Part shown: piece by piece, positions 24,783-25,324 of the stretch
Layout of the letters: every line of letters begins with the position of its first letter
How positions within the stretch are numbered: the first letter of the stretch is position 1
IMG/VR virus record: IMGVR_UViG_3300045810_000006
Span: 1 to 25,324 of that record
DNA length: 25,324 bases
DNA from: a virus
Taxonomy: Duplodnaviria; Caudoviricetes
Strand: one strand, 5' to 3'
The notes under the pieces: generated by a model
Databases searched by the model: none
What the model was told of the DNA's origin: nothing
The model's input: the letters and a program-made list of their open reading frames with translations, nothing else
Position numbers and translations under genes: made by a program

Positions 24783-25324
24783 TTGAACATCCTGTATTGG
24801 TCGGGCACGAACTGGTCACCTCCTTGCGGGGTGGGTGCCTTGGGCTTGGATTTGCGGAGCCACATGGAGAATGCGGAGTTCCAGTTGGCGCATCTTCGGT
24901 CGTGCGTTTCAGCGTGGCCCTTGAAGTTGATTACCTCGGCTTCTAAGTCGAGGTTGTGGGTTCTGGCGTATTCCCAGTGGTTATCCGTGGGGGTCCAATT
25001 ATCTGGAAGTGGTTTTGATGGTTTCCGTTTTGGCTGCGCTTCGCCCGCCCGGTCCTGGCCAGTGTCAGGAGGACTTGGCCTCTCAGGCCCTCCCCCCACA
25101 CCCCCCTCAGAAACGTTAGTTTCTGAGGTAGCAGTAGCAGTAGCAGTGTGTAGGGGGAAGGCTTGGGGGAAGGCTTGGGGTAAAGCTTCCCCCAAGGCTT
25201 GGGGGAAGGCTTGGGGGTAACCGGCTGTCAGCAGGTCATCCATGTCGTCGCCGTCGAGCTTCAACAATGACCTGACGCGCTCCTGTTTGAAGCCTGCCCA
25301 GTCGGGGTATTCGGAGAATAGTCT
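24779..25324 (-). CDS. Phage replication initiator protein (5' partial)
   Basis: Frame is open to the window edge. Internal PQAF repeats, TATATAT linker, C-terminal LPDNWTP...FKGH...NWNSAFSMWLR. Directly upstream of the helicase, like lambda O-P organisation. Confidence 0.8.
   Translation of the reverse strand, partial: RLFSEYPDWAGFKQERVRSLLKLDGDDMDDLLTAGYPQAFPQALGEALPQAFPQAFPLHTATATATSETNVSEGGVGGGPERPSPPDTGQDRAGEAQPKRKPSKPLPDNWTPTDNHWEYARTHNLDLEAEVINFKGHAETHDRRCANWNSAFSMWLRKSKPKAPTPQGGDQFVPDQYRMFN
25153..25217. repeat. 12-bp iteron-like repeats (GGGGGAAGGCTT), candidate replication origin
   Basis: Exact units at 25153, 25165 and 25201, a variant at 25177, an inverted-type unit at 25189 (CCCCCAAGGCTT) and a partial unit at 25213. 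(GTAGCA)x3 adjacent at 25128-25145. Confidence 0.8.

Larger units (their letters stand above)
128..25324 (-). mobile_element. Siphovirus-type prophage of an actinobacterium (both ends outside the window)
   Basis: Contiguous replication, packaging, head and tail modules. The early-to-late junction across cos is intact, as in an integrated or circular form. It carries a host-type IS insertion. Confidence 0.92.

Noticed and set aside
25153-25217. CRISPR or mini-array interpretation of the repeats
   Set aside because: Units are contiguous 12-mers without spacers and are in frame within a coding sequence.
1-25324. Host genus assignment
   Set aside because: Gene families and GC content point to Actinomycetota, but no host genes are in the window, so the genus cannot be supported.

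Overview
Central part of a temperate siphovirus (long non-contractile tail) prophage of a high-GC actinobacterium. Nearly all genes are on the minus strand. In transcription order (right to left): replication initiator with internal iteron-like repeats (partial), DnaB-N/RecA-type helicase, RusA resolvase, small translationally coupled ORFs, and a Zn/HTH putative late regulator. Then a candidate late promoter, a ~650-nt ORF-free and densely base-paired leader containing a tRNA-Trp(CCA), one antisense 94-aa gene, an HNH endonuclease and a candidate cos site. Morphogenesis follows: small terminase, a large terminase split into ATPase and nuclease ORFs, portal, MuF-like head protein, scaffold, major capsid, head-tail connectors, major tail protein, a tail assembly chaperone pair, tape measure and minor tail proteins (one with an SGNH esterase). 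A final tail gene is cut at nt 127 by the right end of an IS3-family element. The most notable unexplained signals are the large nested RNA structure in the late leader (20198-20801), a pseudoknot ahead of the tail chaperone, a non-canonical -1 frameshift, the split terminase and a sharp G/C skew flip at the candidate cos. All calls are from reading the sequence by eye; no searches were run.
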